From Antedon mediterranea (Eukaryota; Animalia; Echinodermata), in contig NC_092672.1 of assembly GCF_964355755.1 (NCBI RefSeq), positions 33,982,437 to 34,046,436 of the forward strand: a stretch of 64,000 nt of DNA, given 5' to 3'. The notes below the pieces were generated by a model that did no database searches, was not told where the DNA came from, and was given only the letters and a program-made list of their open reading frames with translations. The position numbers and the translations under genes were made by a program. Of the stretch, positions 26,721-39,185 are shown piece by piece. Each line of letters starts with the position of its first letter. The stretch's first letter is position 1.

Positions 26721-29700
26721 TTAATTGTCGTTGTTTTGCGGTTGCTCATCATCTTGCTGTTCCTCGTCCTGGACTGGTGCTCCTTCTCCCCAATCATATC
26801 CACCAGGCCGCTCTTCCTCAGGCATTGGCATATAGTTTGGATCTTCCGGTTGTCCATCCAATATTGCTTTTCTACAAGATTTTTTACATAATATTTTAAA
26901 GTCATAATCAATATTAAACTACAAAAAAAAACAAATAAACTACAACCATTTCATTTGTATCTCCATTGAGATCATGTCTTACTGATACCCACAGCATTGG
27001 CCTTTTTCATTGATTTTCCTTTTGATTTAAATATATATTTGATACTTACAGAAATTCTGGAGTCCAAATGACTTTAAAACCGCCGCGTGTTCTGGGAAAC
27101 ACATCTTCTAAATGATAGTAACAGTGACCTACGGCAATTCCTGGCAAGAAAAACAATAAAATATGTTTTAAAAACTAGAAGTGAACTCATGAAATGTTAC
27201 GTGATCCACATGCAATATTAACAGCATTGTGATATGAAAAAGTAAATATGAGAAAAATAATAAAAGAAATAATTCTGTTTAGAAAATTAAAATTGTTTTG
27301 TGGTTTTATTTGTTATTTTATTCAACAATCTTTAAAGCTTACACTAGTAATTATTAAGCAGGTACTAACCCATTAAGTCAACAATGATAGGGTTACCAAG
27401 CAACAAAGAGAAACCAAACAAAACCCATGGTAGGTAAGGAGCTTCAAAGTTCATCAAACCAAAGAAGTTCATTCTAATGTAAGTGTTGCGTCTGCTCCAG
27501 ATGTACACCAGCATCATTGTGAACGCTTGACCTAAAAATACTAGATTCACAAAGAACGCTATTACCTGTATCATATAGTTAAGCAATCAACGTTAAATGT
27601 TTTAAAGATGTATTGTCCCCCTGAAAAAATATATTCCATTTTAATGTAACATAGTAGTTATCCACTTTGACCAAAAATTGGATTTAAAAAAAATGTAATT
27701 TAAAGCAAAAAATTGTCAAATTGGCTGCCAGCCAATTACTCTAGTAGCTAGATCAACTTTCGTATGCACTTTGAGGTCCAGAGAATTTGACTTCAGAAAT
27801 TGGTTTAGGGTGGTCAAACAATCATTTTTGGCTTGGTTACACATTTTGAAAATGTGGCGAAAGGTCAAAAGGTCAGGGTGAAAGGTCATAAGACCAAACA
27901 CCAATATGTCCTTAAATCTCAACAACCACTGGACACAGCGAAGTAATTTTGGTCTCAAATTGATCAGAAGGTATACATTTATATTCAGTCTAATGGGACA
28001 TTTTAGTTAAAAATGACCGGAAATGACATTTCTGACCTTTGACCCACAACCCAGGGCATGTATTTATCTCCGTAACTACTGGTCGTAGACACTTGAATTT
28101 GGTTTTAAATTGTTCGAAATATATATTTTGTTATTTGTTACACATTTTGAAAAATGTTACAAAAGGTCAAAGGGTCAGGGTCAAGGGTTATATGAACAAA
28201 TAAATAAAGGTACTTGTATCTCGGCAACCACTGGTCGCAGCAAGTCAATTTTGGTCTCAAAATGTTCAAAAGGCATGCATTTATATTCCGTCTAATGGGG
28301 CATTTTAGTAAAAAATGATCAGAAATGCCATTTCTGACTTTTGACCCACATACCAGGGCATCTTCATATCTCTGTAAGTACTGGTCGTAGAAACTTAAAT
28401 TTGGTATCAAATTGTTCGAAATATACATATTTACATTCATTGTAATAGAAAATGTGGTTAAAAGATGAACAGAAAATACTATTACTAATGTTTAAAACAA
28501 AAAACATATCTCTACACAACTTATCCTTAGACAGTAATGTTATGCAATAACTGATACTTTAAATTGTTTCAATTTCAAGTACTAGTTATTGCTGTCCACG
28601 AGAACAATTTGATATAAACGTCAAGCTCAACAGTTCTTTTCAGAATGCTAGAAGTAACTTGCCATGTGTATTTGTAATAGAAAATGTGGTTAAAAGATGA
28701 ACAGAAAATACTATTACTAATGTTTAAAACAAAAAACATATCTCTACACAACTTATCCTTAGACAGTAATGTTATGCAATAACTGATACTTTAAATTGTT
28801 TCAATTTCAAGTACTAGTTATTGCTGTCCACGAGAACAATTTGATATAAACGTCAAGCTCAACAGTTCTTTTCAGAATGCTAGAAGTAACTTGCCATGTG
28901 TATCCGATTAAACACCCCGGGCATTTATTGTTCAAAAGGGTTTTTAGGGCAGGGGAGGCATCTTTATTTGGAGTATAATATGGTAGCATAATCAAATAAA
29001 TACCACCTAGATGTAAAAAAAATACAGCACAATTAATATCAAAAAATGATAAAATTATGTCAAAATGCTCGGTAAATTGTAGATTATGGTAGTTAATGAA
29101 ATGTGTTGTGATACAATTATTTTGTAAATGCATATGGCGAATCGTTTATTCCACATGATGTTCTATTGGAGGGAATGGAGGCTTTTATTCAAAGCGGTTA
29201 ATTCGAATAAATACTCGAGCTCAACAGTTAAGAATGCTAGAAGTAACTTACCATAGTTACCCGAATAAAAGGCCCGGGCATTTATTTATTCAGGGAAAGC
29301 GTTTATTTTGTTTGGGTGTAATAATGGTAACATGTATAATAAAATAAATACACCCCAGATTAAAAAAAAAATTATTAATATAATAAGCTAATAACTGGAT
29401 TAAACCTCATTCTATCCTGTTGCAAGTACAATCATGTAATAAAAGGTATCGGAGACAACTATAATAGACCAATTCATTGTCATTATTCCGTAACACTGTT
29501 GCATAATATTTTTTAATGTTACGGACAAAACTTATACCGGTACATAATATGTATAAGTTTTGTCGGTGTATATTATACACGTCTGTTCCCAGTGTAGATA
29601 ATAAAACAATATATGTTTCTGGAGATTTATTATCAATACCACTAGAAACTTTGACATGTTTTAGGTACTGAATGCATTGACAATAAAAGCATCAGAAGTT

Positions 29701-32700
29701 ATCATGATAAAATCATACTACTGTACTACAGTACACAAGGGTGTTTTCAGGAAAGCTGGACATATTGTACAATAGTAATGAAACTATGTATTGGCATTTA
29801 AAAATATGTAAAAGATTGTTGTCAAATTGTAGTCACAAACAAACAGATGATAGAATGAAGATCCGTTATGAGTGCAATTGTGTCAGGATAATGATATGTC
29901 ATTGTTTTACTCATTATACTGGCACCTGGAAGAGAAGATGCATTTAATGTTATCTATGACAGTGTCACTTTTATTCTAAAAGACAGAAACATTTCGTTAA
30001 AAACCATAAAGAAGAAAACGAATCATGTAAAGTACCTTTTATCAGTTGAGAAACGAATTATAATTATTAAAATTTATTCGAATTAACACCCACTTTGAAT
30101 AAAAGCCTCCCTCAAATAAACGCCACGGCATTCTCTCCAATAGAACATCATGTGGAATACGCCCGCCACATGCATTTACACAATAATTGTATCACAACAC
30201 ATTACATTAACTACAGTACCATCTACAATTTACCAAGCATTTTTTTAACTTTTTGATATTAATTGTGCTGTATTTTTTTACATATAGGTGGTATTTATTT
30301 GATTATACATGTTACCATATTATACTCCAAATAAAGATGCCTCCCCTCCCCCTAAAAACCCTTTTGAACAATAAATGCCCGGGGCGTTTAATCGGATACA
30401 CATGGCAAGTTACTTCTAGCATTCCGAAAAGAACCGTTGAGCTTGACGTTTCTATCAAAATGTTCTTGGGGACAGCAATAACTAGTACTTGAAATTGAAA
30501 CAATTTAAAGTATCAGTTGTTGCATAACATTACTGGATAAGTTATGTAGAGATTAGTTTTTTGTTTGAAACATTAGTAATAGTATTTCTGTTCATCTTTT
30601 AACCACATGTTCTATTACAATGAATGTAAATATGTATATTTCGAACAATTTGATACCAAATTTAAGTTTCTACGACCAGTACTTACAGAGATATGAAGAT
30701 GCCATGATATGTGGGTCAAAGGTCAGAAATGGCATTTCTGACTAAATTTGACTAAAATGTCCCATTAGATTGAATATGAAAGCATGCCTTCTGAACATTT
30801 TGAGACTAAAATTGACTTACTGCGACGAGTGGTTGCCGAGATACAAGTATCTATTTATATTTGTTCATATAACCCTTGACCCTGACCCCTTGACCTTTTG
30901 TAACATTTTTAAAAATGTACAACAAATAACAAAATGTTTATTTCAAACAATTTAACACCAAATTCAAGTGTCTACAATCAGTAGTTACGGAGATACATAC
31001 ATGCCCTGGGGTATGGGTCAAAGGTCAGAAATGGCATTTCCGGTCATTTTTGACTAAAATGTCCCATTAGACTGAATATAAATGTATACCTTCTGATCAA
31101 TTTGAGACCAAAATTACCTCGCTGTGACCAGTGGTTGTCGAGATTTAAGGACTTATTGGTGTTTAGTTTGATAACCTTTCACCCTGACCTTTTGACCTTT
31201 CGCCACATTTTCAAAATGTGTAACCAAGCCAATAATGATTGTTTGACCATCCTAAACAAATTTCTGAAGTCAAATTCTCTGGACCTCAAAGTGCATACGA
31301 AAGTTGATCTAGCTACTAGAGTAAATGGATTTTTGGTTGAATTTAACCATTTATTTTGTCATTTTACAAGTGAAAACATTATTTTTTTTCGTTTTTTTTT
31401 CTATGGAAGTGATAATTTGATTAAAACTACAAAATAGCATATTCAAAGTCTGATTTAATTAATCTTCATTTTTCATGTTTTTGGGGGACAATACATCTTT
31501 AACACACACTTTTTATTACATGATGTGGCAAGCTAGCTATATTCACTACAGACATTAGAGGTCTTAGGTGTTTTGACATATTTTAATGCCTGTTTTTTTC
31601 CTCTGGGTCCTGCTCAAGGGGCCCCAATAAGCTCCGTTTAGCCAATGAGCGCAAATAGCTGTTATGCCACTCCAGACACGTATCCATACAAAATGTGTCA
31701 AGAACCTAAACACACCATAAAGTCATATCATGTACAGTACAAATTTGAAATATAGAATGTATTTTAAATATGACATTATGATTGGGTAGGAAAAGGGTAA
31801 TATGAGATTAAATAGGGTGCAAGAAATTTACGCTAGTCGTCTGAAGCACCTTCATCTGGCAACTATTTCCATACTTTGGAAAACTGCACCAGTGGTTAGG
31901 CTTCCACATATTTTTAATTCCAAAAAGTAATCGATGTAAAAGGATACAATAGTTAAAGTTCCACCAAACAGAAACATGACAAAGAAATCAGCAGTGCGCC
32001 CTCTAAATGATCCCTCTTCCAGTAATCTGCAATATCGGTACGTAAATAAAACATTGAAAAAAAAATGAAATCCAAAATTCCCAAAATATAGGAAAGTGGT
32101 GGCTAATCTCCATATCTGAAAAAAAAAATGAATATTTAGTTAAAATCAATTTTACCAAAAACTGCAGAGAATTTTTTTTTTAAAGTTTATTTAATTTATT
32201 TCCTAAATTGCATATAAGATAATTAGCCACCCTTATACATATAAAATGAACAATGACAATAAAGACATGACAATGACAGTACAATACAAAAATAAATAAG
32301 CAAAACATTATTAAGAGGTTAGGCCTACAGGTAGGTTCAGTTTATTATAAACCATTCTTGATCAAACAACTGAGAGCTTATCAAGGAAAAAATAGTAAGG
32401 GTCCTAAAAGGAAAATACTGCTTAGAATAGATACTTACTTGAAATTGTTTAAATATTAAGTCTGGGTTAAAATATAATTGAAAAGGAGAAACGATTTCCA
32501 GTTGCTGAAAGACAAAATAAATGTTGTTTAAAGTTGGAGTACAAACAAAAATACAAAGGTCTCAAGTTGATGTGTATTTTCCAATAGGTTCAGGACCTAT
32601 TGCAGTAAAGCCCATGGTAAATCATTGCACTAGGCCTATCTGGATTACTATAATAACAATGTTAAATTAGCAGTGAGAAAAGTAAAAAAATATTGGAAAA

Positions 32701-32946
32701 CCATAATTATCAGGAGATTTGGGCCGGGAGGTCTGAAAAATAGGTTACTTTTCAAATTGAATTATTTTTCCAAAATGTAGATATTTAAGTTTGTTCTTTT
32801 TTTCAAATTTTAGGTTCATTCAGAGATAAATTGCAATAGCTAATAGTACTTACTACTGCTATAGTCGTAACAATGCAACCGCATGTATACAATTTTGTAA
32901 CAGGCGGAATTTGCCGAAACTCTTCTTGAAGTGGTCTGTACGCCAT
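26721..32946 (-). CDS. DERL2: Derlin-2 (ERAD rhomboid pseudoprotease). Exons: 32854-32946, 32439-32504, 31948-32115, 27370-27565, 27050-27140, 26721-26871
   Basis: [109 protein letters not shown] closely matches Derlin-2 as recalled; exon phases are consistent. Confidence 0.95.
27606..31498. mobile_element. TTAA-flanked Kolobok-like MITE carrying a nested 3.6-kb foldback insertion
   Basis: TTAA|AGATGTATTGTCCCC…GGGGACAATACATCT|TTAA. The outer ~130 bp and ~175 bp align with the short copy at 44061-44314. Confidence 0.82.
27737..31323. mobile_element. Long-armed non-coding foldback element (arms about 27737-29330 and 30070-31323)
   Basis: TACTCTAGTAGCTAGATCAACTTTCG…CGAAAGTTGATCTAGCTACTAGAGTA. 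Mirrored ORF pairs in the track (27716-/31102+, 28138-/30770+, 28807-/30253+) confirm the arms. Confidence 0.9.
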
Positions 32947-33884
32947 ACTATAAAACTGAAATATAATACATTAAAATAAGTTTGAAGTGGCTAAGCTTAT
33001 GCAGTAAACATTTTTAGGCTAAACTAAAAAAGATGTTATACAAAGGAAGCGGCTATCGACAATTCTTTCATTGTAATATATTATATTTTATTCGCACAGT
33101 TGACAATCGAAAAATGTTAATTATTTTTAAAAATTCAAATTTATTCTTTTTTATTTATAATTTGTTTTTTACAATTTATTATTAAATAAATTAACATGGG
33201 ATGGCTTAATATTTATGATAATAGATAATAATTTTATATAAAAATCGACATATGAATCATTTAGTTAATAAAATTAAAATTCCTAGGCCTAGGCCTATGT
33301 ATAGTAAACTTGCCACGCGACTATATTCCTTCACCTTCTGGTTGGGTGTGAATACCAGGTAATCATGGAAGGGTCGTTTCGTCTCATTATGATTGAAAGG
33401 AAACGTATTGATTTGCAAATAAAACCCAAAGTAAATCAAACAAAAGGCATCATAGGAAAGGAGATGCATAATATTTCTATATCTTACAATTTCCAGTTAA
33501 TCTCTTTATATTTAAAAAATCATTTCTACTTACACGTACCTCTCCTACGTCGTATTACTCCAACTTCCAACTTGTGTTTATTAGTGCCAGATGTCCTTAG
33601 TGGTTGACCCGTATAGTCATGGGTCGCTCAACTTTTTTGATACAGTTTCAAAATTGTACTCATTTATTAATAATTATAACTAATTTACATTGAAACAAAA
33701 TACTTTGTAATAAAAAAATTATTATCAATTGAAATATATTATTACACATCAGTATAAATTTCATAAAAAATAAATAATTACTTTTACTATGATGACCCAG
33801 GTCAAAAACAGCAAACAAATCAACAACGGACATTTTTCGCAACACAGGTTTTAACAAAGTGATTTTTTAATTCTTAAAACTGAA
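32947..33884. promoter_or_regulatory. Putative bidirectional promoter of DERL2 and SUDS3
   Basis: Head-to-head start codons about 940 bp apart. Confidence 0.6.
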
Positions 33885-36800
33885 ATGGCCACTAGCCACA
33901 TAACAAATACAAGCACCAAATCTGGTGCGATAGATGAGTATGAATTTGTGTTAAGTGACGAAGAAGAAGAGGATGATGAGGATAGCAGACTATTCACTCC
34001 CCGTGATTCCGATGAAGGTGAGTAATGCTAGGCCTACTAACTAAGCCTAATGAATGTCATTATTGTCACCAGTAAACCCTCCGCCGGTCGACCGCCGCCG
34101 TGTGGTTGTCGATCGAGGGATGCTCCCCGTTGTCGACGTCGCAATATGTATTGTCTTCCCGATTATGGTTTGGCTTAACCTGGCACGCATGGTTATACAT
34201 AAAATAAATAAATGCCTATATATGGCCTACCTATATGATGATGAAATATAATAAATAATGTATTATAACATTTAATTTTAATATCCTAGTAGATTTTATT
34301 TACACTTGAGCCTAGTAGGCCTATAGACTAGAGTCGGAGAAAGAGAGGAGAAATAATTTATTTTTTAATTCGAAAAGCTATAATTGTGTGGTTTTTTTGT
34401 AAGCATATTCTTATTCGACTGTTTGCTTACACGCTCCTCAAACTGCTTGATAAAGATTTACTTCTGGATTTTATTTAGAATTTTTACCCAATAACAATAT
34501 AATTAATGTTACTGTAATTTTTTTTTTATTTGTTTAAATTAATACATTTTTATTTGTATTTAGATACGGAAGATGCAAGCGAGACCGATGCAGCAAAACT
34601 TGAGGAAGAGTTCACTGAAATGAAAGAACAGTAAATATATCAAATTAAATTTTAAACAAATTGTTTTCATTTCCATCTTTTTAGAAAAAAATGGAAATAT
34701 AATTCAAATTATTATATTAGTTCAAGTAACACAAATAATGTTTCTCATCCCTGCCCAGATCCTTTTTTTGGGGGTTTTTTTGTTTCTGTTATTTTACAGA
34801 TGTCATACAAATTGTGTGTTTATATATGCACCGTACATTGTAGATGTTTTTCACATTTGTTATTCATTTCATTCATTGCAGAATATACAAAGACAAGTTA
34901 GCTTTGCTCAAGAAACACTTAGCTCAAATAAATGACTGTACTCACCCAGAGATGAACAAGAAACTAAAGAAGCTAGAACAATTGTATAAAGAAAGGCTTC
35001 GTTTTGCTGACAATATAAAAAACTATGAAGTAAGTTGGGGTAACCAATAGATATACTATAACTACTAGATTGTCAAACAGAATAATAATAATAATAAAAT
35101 CTATATTTTAAAACGGAGGCTCGTTCACCACAAAATGTGTTGTTCCACAAGGCTGTATGAAAGAAATAAAACTACAATATCACAATTATCAAACTGAAGA
35201 ACAAACAAGAAAATTATACATAGAAAAAAAAAGTACAAAAAATTTATATTAATGAATTAATAGATTATATAGAGTATATAGAAGTGAATTCCACCCTCTA
35301 GCCAATATATAATTTCTTTGGGATAGCCTCATAACAGGGTTGTGTGGGTTTAATTTGTAATATATCAGCAAATCAGGGATACAGAAAATAATGCATCGTC
35401 TAGCTCTGTAAAATCGATTTCAACCATACACCCACAAGTGTGCAAATGTTACAGAATCCTAGGTTGTTAACGGGACCTAGAATCGACAAAAGTGTGTCTA
35501 TTTGCTTAAACATATAGTATATAGAGTATATAAAGCTTATACTGGAGCATTACATACATTATCTTATTGTTATCTTGCATTTCTTGAGCTAACTAAAATT
35601 AATGATGTTTTGCCTATTTTTAGATTGAAGCAGTAGAGAGACAATATATAAGGGAGAAAAAAATATCATCTAAAGATTTTGATGTAAGAACTTAATTCTA
35701 ATTGAATTCCTCCATTATTAAACTAGGACAGAGTACTCTTCCCCGATTAAACCAACTTATTTACAATCTAACAAAAACATTCAACATGACTGTCTTTTTA
35801 ATATAAGGAAATCCAAACTTTAGTATTATTAATCCATGGTTATGGTGGAGGAACGAGTCTTCTCGGATAAGGACTATAAACCGTAGCTCCAGTATACACA
35901 TCTAGCTCATGTGCACTTTAAAGAACCTAGTACATCTTTCGAGATAAGCAAGTGGTTACTCCGGTGTACTAGTACATCACAGCCACTGATCATAACTGGG
36001 CCCTCTGGGAGACCAGACTTTTGCTAAAGAGGTCACCCAGTATAAATAATACAAATAATAATAATTAATATATAGAAAGTCTGCACATACAGTAGCCATT
36101 TTCACCAATCCACTAAAGCATGAAGGTGAATTGTTTAGTTACAACATATATAATATTATCTGTTTTAAGATTCGTAAGGTTGACCTGAAAGAGAATTTGC
36201 TACTGGACTTGGAGGATAAGAGAAGAATAGTTGATTTTGACAGACAAATCATGGAACTTGGAGGAGGTGGGTAATACTTTGCAGATTTAGCCACAAGAAA
36301 AAAAGTGGTGCGGTAGTCGCAAGAAAAGGGAACAATCTCCTGTGCAATCCACAGGGTTGTCAAAGACCTCTGTACCAACCATACTGGTGGCTACGGCCCT
36401 GAAATATTATTTGTTATATTTAGGCAATGTTTAGTTACAAGTTTTCTCAGCCACTTATTTCTTAATGACAACTTAATTTAATTTTTCTTTTTTAGATTCA
36501 ATGGAAGTGAAGACCATGATAACTCGTAAGTTGAGAAGACGACCTAATGACCCAACACCTTTACCAGAAAAGAGACGCAAACAAACGCCTTATATCCTTT
36601 ATTACAATCTTTGCATTAATTGTCAAATATTAAAATATCAACAAATATTTAGATAAATGTAGTAGTACTTTCATGGCCGGTTTGAAGACTTTAGTAGCAC
36701 ATATGGTCTACTTTAAGTGTATATCTCAAACTGTTTCATTGTAACTTAACATAATGTTCTATCTCTTATTGTGTTGTTTTCCCCGCTTTCAGTTAGAGAG

Positions 36801-38681
36801 AAAATGGAAAAATCAGAACTGTGGTTGTGTTACAGAGTGGTCAAAACAATATAGATAATCTGATAACATAAAACTCCTAAAAAGTAGAAAGCCTTTTGCC
36901 ATTAATTCTTCCCTGACTGACTACTGTATATCAAAATATTGAATACAATACTCTAGCATTTCTTCTTAACTAATAACCACCTCAGATTGACTTTCTTTTA
37001 AGTGATGAAGAAATTGTTGACGACATCAAAATGATCAATAAATCATATGTAAGTTGGTTATGATTTTATTAACAGACAGAATAATTGACCCCCAAATTAA
37101 GCAACTGTACCAAACTCACTGAACCATTAAACTACAGTACCACTGCTATTTTTTATTTATTTTATTTAATCTTTCTTTATTCTGAAATACACTTTCAATA
37201 CAATGTACTGATTTCCAAAGTGGTTCAGTTCTTAACTACATAAATGTAAACAAAATACAGTATATAAATGGACAAAAGAAAATATAAAATTAAACCTAAA
37301 ATTATCAAAATCAAATTAACACAATTAAAGTAAGCACATTTAAAGGTAAAAACAGGAATAATTGAGATTTTTAAACAAGATAAAAGAAGTTTTAATCATT
37401 GAGCATTAATTAGATTTAGTTTTGAATTAAAATTAAAGTTTTGAAATTTGTGATTTGAAAGTTGATACTGTCATATCATAAAGATCATTTTTTATTTTGT
37501 TATGTAGAAAGTTCCATAATTTTGTAGATCTGTAATTAAAAGTTCTTTTACCTTGAGTATTATTCCATTTAGGTATTATCAAAGTGTTGTTACTTTGACT
37601 TCGTTTACCTTTATTGTGACTCTCTTCAGTAAATATAAATTGAGTTGATAAATAGGATGGTGCATGTCCAGTTAGGCACTTGAAAAGTAATATTAGAATA
37701 TGTTCATTCCATTTGTCCTTTAGTGTACTCCAACCAAGTGAGTTTAGGATATCACTAAAAACATATCATTAAACCAACTATAGCGCCCTCTCTACTAAAT
37801 AGAAAGCTTATAAGCCAATTTAAACAGATTCAGTAGGCGGAAAACCATGTGCTTCTACCACGTAGAATCTGTATCTATTCTGAACAGGTTTTCCGCTCAA
37901 CCTCCCTTGCGCTACGCATTTTTTGTAAATGCTCATAAGAAATAAAAGATTCTAAATTGTTTTCTGCTTACCGTAGTCTGTGTAAATTGGCCTTCATACG
38001 CTATTAAATTATCTATTTCTACCTAAAGGGCAAGATTATAAGCAGTAAAAAGCCAATGTCGACGTCAAGTTCCGATGGTTTATCGGCGCCGAAGCATGAT
38101 GTACGTATTGAAGAAAACAAACTTTTGTACGATAAACGTTGTTTCCATCGTAATCAATCCGTCTACATAGAATCAAAAGATATGGGCAAGGTAGCGGCAG
38201 TGATCACAAGTATTGGTACTAATGAGGCAAGTTTAATTCATCAAAAGTTCTTATATATTCAAAAATTTAAATGTACATATTCTAAAGCTCTGTCTAGACT
38301 ATCAAACTTTATGTGACAAAAAAAATAATATGCCCATATATGGACATGATGTCATATCACTACAATATTTGGGCACATCACATTTTTTTGTCAAATTAGT
38401 TTGATAGTGTAAACAGAGCTTTAAAGGTAGCAGTTCTTTTCACAAGATATACATAAATGTTGTACATAAATGTCTTATTTTTGTCATGAGGAATAATCCC
38501 AACATTTGACAGGATTGGAACACAATTAAACCATGGTTTTCTCTCATACACCCTCAAATGTTAAATTATTTATCCATTATTTCAGATCTGGGTGCGAAAA
38601 ACGTCTGATAATCAGAAGATGCGAGTATATGTGTCGCATATGCAGAAAGGCAAATACAAGATTCGTAAACGTTCCACATGA
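33885..38681 (+). CDS. SUDS3: Sin3 histone deacetylase corepressor complex component SDS3. Exons: 33885-34017, 34564-34630, 34882-35029, 35624-35683, 36170-36266, 36496-36591, 36981-37048, 38029-38226, 38586-38681
   Basis: [73 protein letters not shown] and [15 protein letters not shown] match SDS3 as recalled; the frame is continuous across all junctions. Confidence 0.95.
35845..36045 (+). repeat. Dispersed SINE-like repeat; second copy at about 63335-63440
   Basis: GGTTAC.CCGGTGTA.TAGTACATCACAGCCACTGATCA..AACTG.GCCCTCTGGGAGACCAG…GAGGT.ACCCAGTATAAATA occurs in both places, followed by simple-repeat tails. Confidence 0.7.
36592..36980 (+). other. U12-type AT-AC intron of SUDS3
   Basis: Donor ATATCCTTT at 36592, branch site TTCTTAAC at 36963-36970, terminal AC at 36979-36980. 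Splicing restores the frame (TP-S-QIDFLL). Confidence 0.93.
37150..37760 (-). mobile_element. 3' fragment of an L2/CR1-type LINE in a SUDS3 intron
   Basis: Minus strand translates [33 protein letters not shown], followed by an A-rich 3' end. Confidence 0.75.
38227..38585 (+). other. GC-AG intron of SUDS3
   Basis: GAG|GCAAGT donor joined to TTCAG|ATC gives GTNE-IWVRK, colinear with the conserved SDS3 C-terminus. Confidence 0.85.
38286..38420. mobile_element. Family-A MITE, full copy in the SUDS3 GC-AG intron
   Basis: TAA|AGCTCTGTCTAGACTATCAAACT…AGTTTGATAGTGTAAACAGAGCT|TTA. Confidence 0.88.
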
Positions 38682-38994
38682 CCGCTTTCAAATGAATGTA
38701 AAGTGTAAATAAACTGTTTTAATTGGCCACAAAGGTTTTGATCGTTGTAGGGTAGAAACATGGAAGGGGATTCCCGAAATGGAATACACCATTTGGACAA
38801 GAGGGGGGTTTTTAACTATCTTGTTTATTATGTAGAGTTACCACAATGAATTCATGAAGGATAGTTTTTTTACATTAAATGTTTGTTTAAATTAAGTTCA
38901 ATGACACAATATTTTTCTAGATAACTGATATATAACAACAAAAATGTATCAATTGACAAAATCAATATTTAATACTTTTATATAGCCAAGCCTA

Positions 38995-39185
38995 CAGCGG
39001 CGTAACGCAGAGGCCCAACACCCCTGGTTTATGAACCCCAAGTGACCCTCTATTGGCATTGGGTGTTTTTAGCTATTTTCGACATATTTTAATGCATTTT
39101 TTCATCTGAACACTGCTCAGGGGCTCCCATAAGTTTCAGGGCCCCTGGGTTTAGCCAGTGAGTGTTCATAACCGTTACGCCAGTG
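38995..39185. mobile_element. hAT-like MITE in the SUDS3 3' UTR region
   Basis: CAAGCCTA|CAGCGGCGTAACG…CGTTACGCCAGTG|CAAGCTTA (8-bp TSD with one mismatch). Confidence 0.78.

Larger units (their letters stand above)
27566..31947 (-). other. U12-type (minor spliceosome) GT-AG intron of DERL2
   Basis: Donor GTATCCTTTT (31947-31938). Branch site TTGCTTAAC (27586-27578) lies about 12 nt before the AG, with no polypyrimidine tract. Confidence 0.9.

Noticed and set aside
26627-26911. 94-aa ORF as the last DERL2 exon
   Set aside because: Wrong frame; the acceptor at 26872-26873 gives the Derlin-homologous frame ending at 26721.
27716-31437. Mirrored ORF pairs as duplicated genes or a transposase
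   Set aside because: They are short, lack domain motifs and simply reflect the inverted arms.
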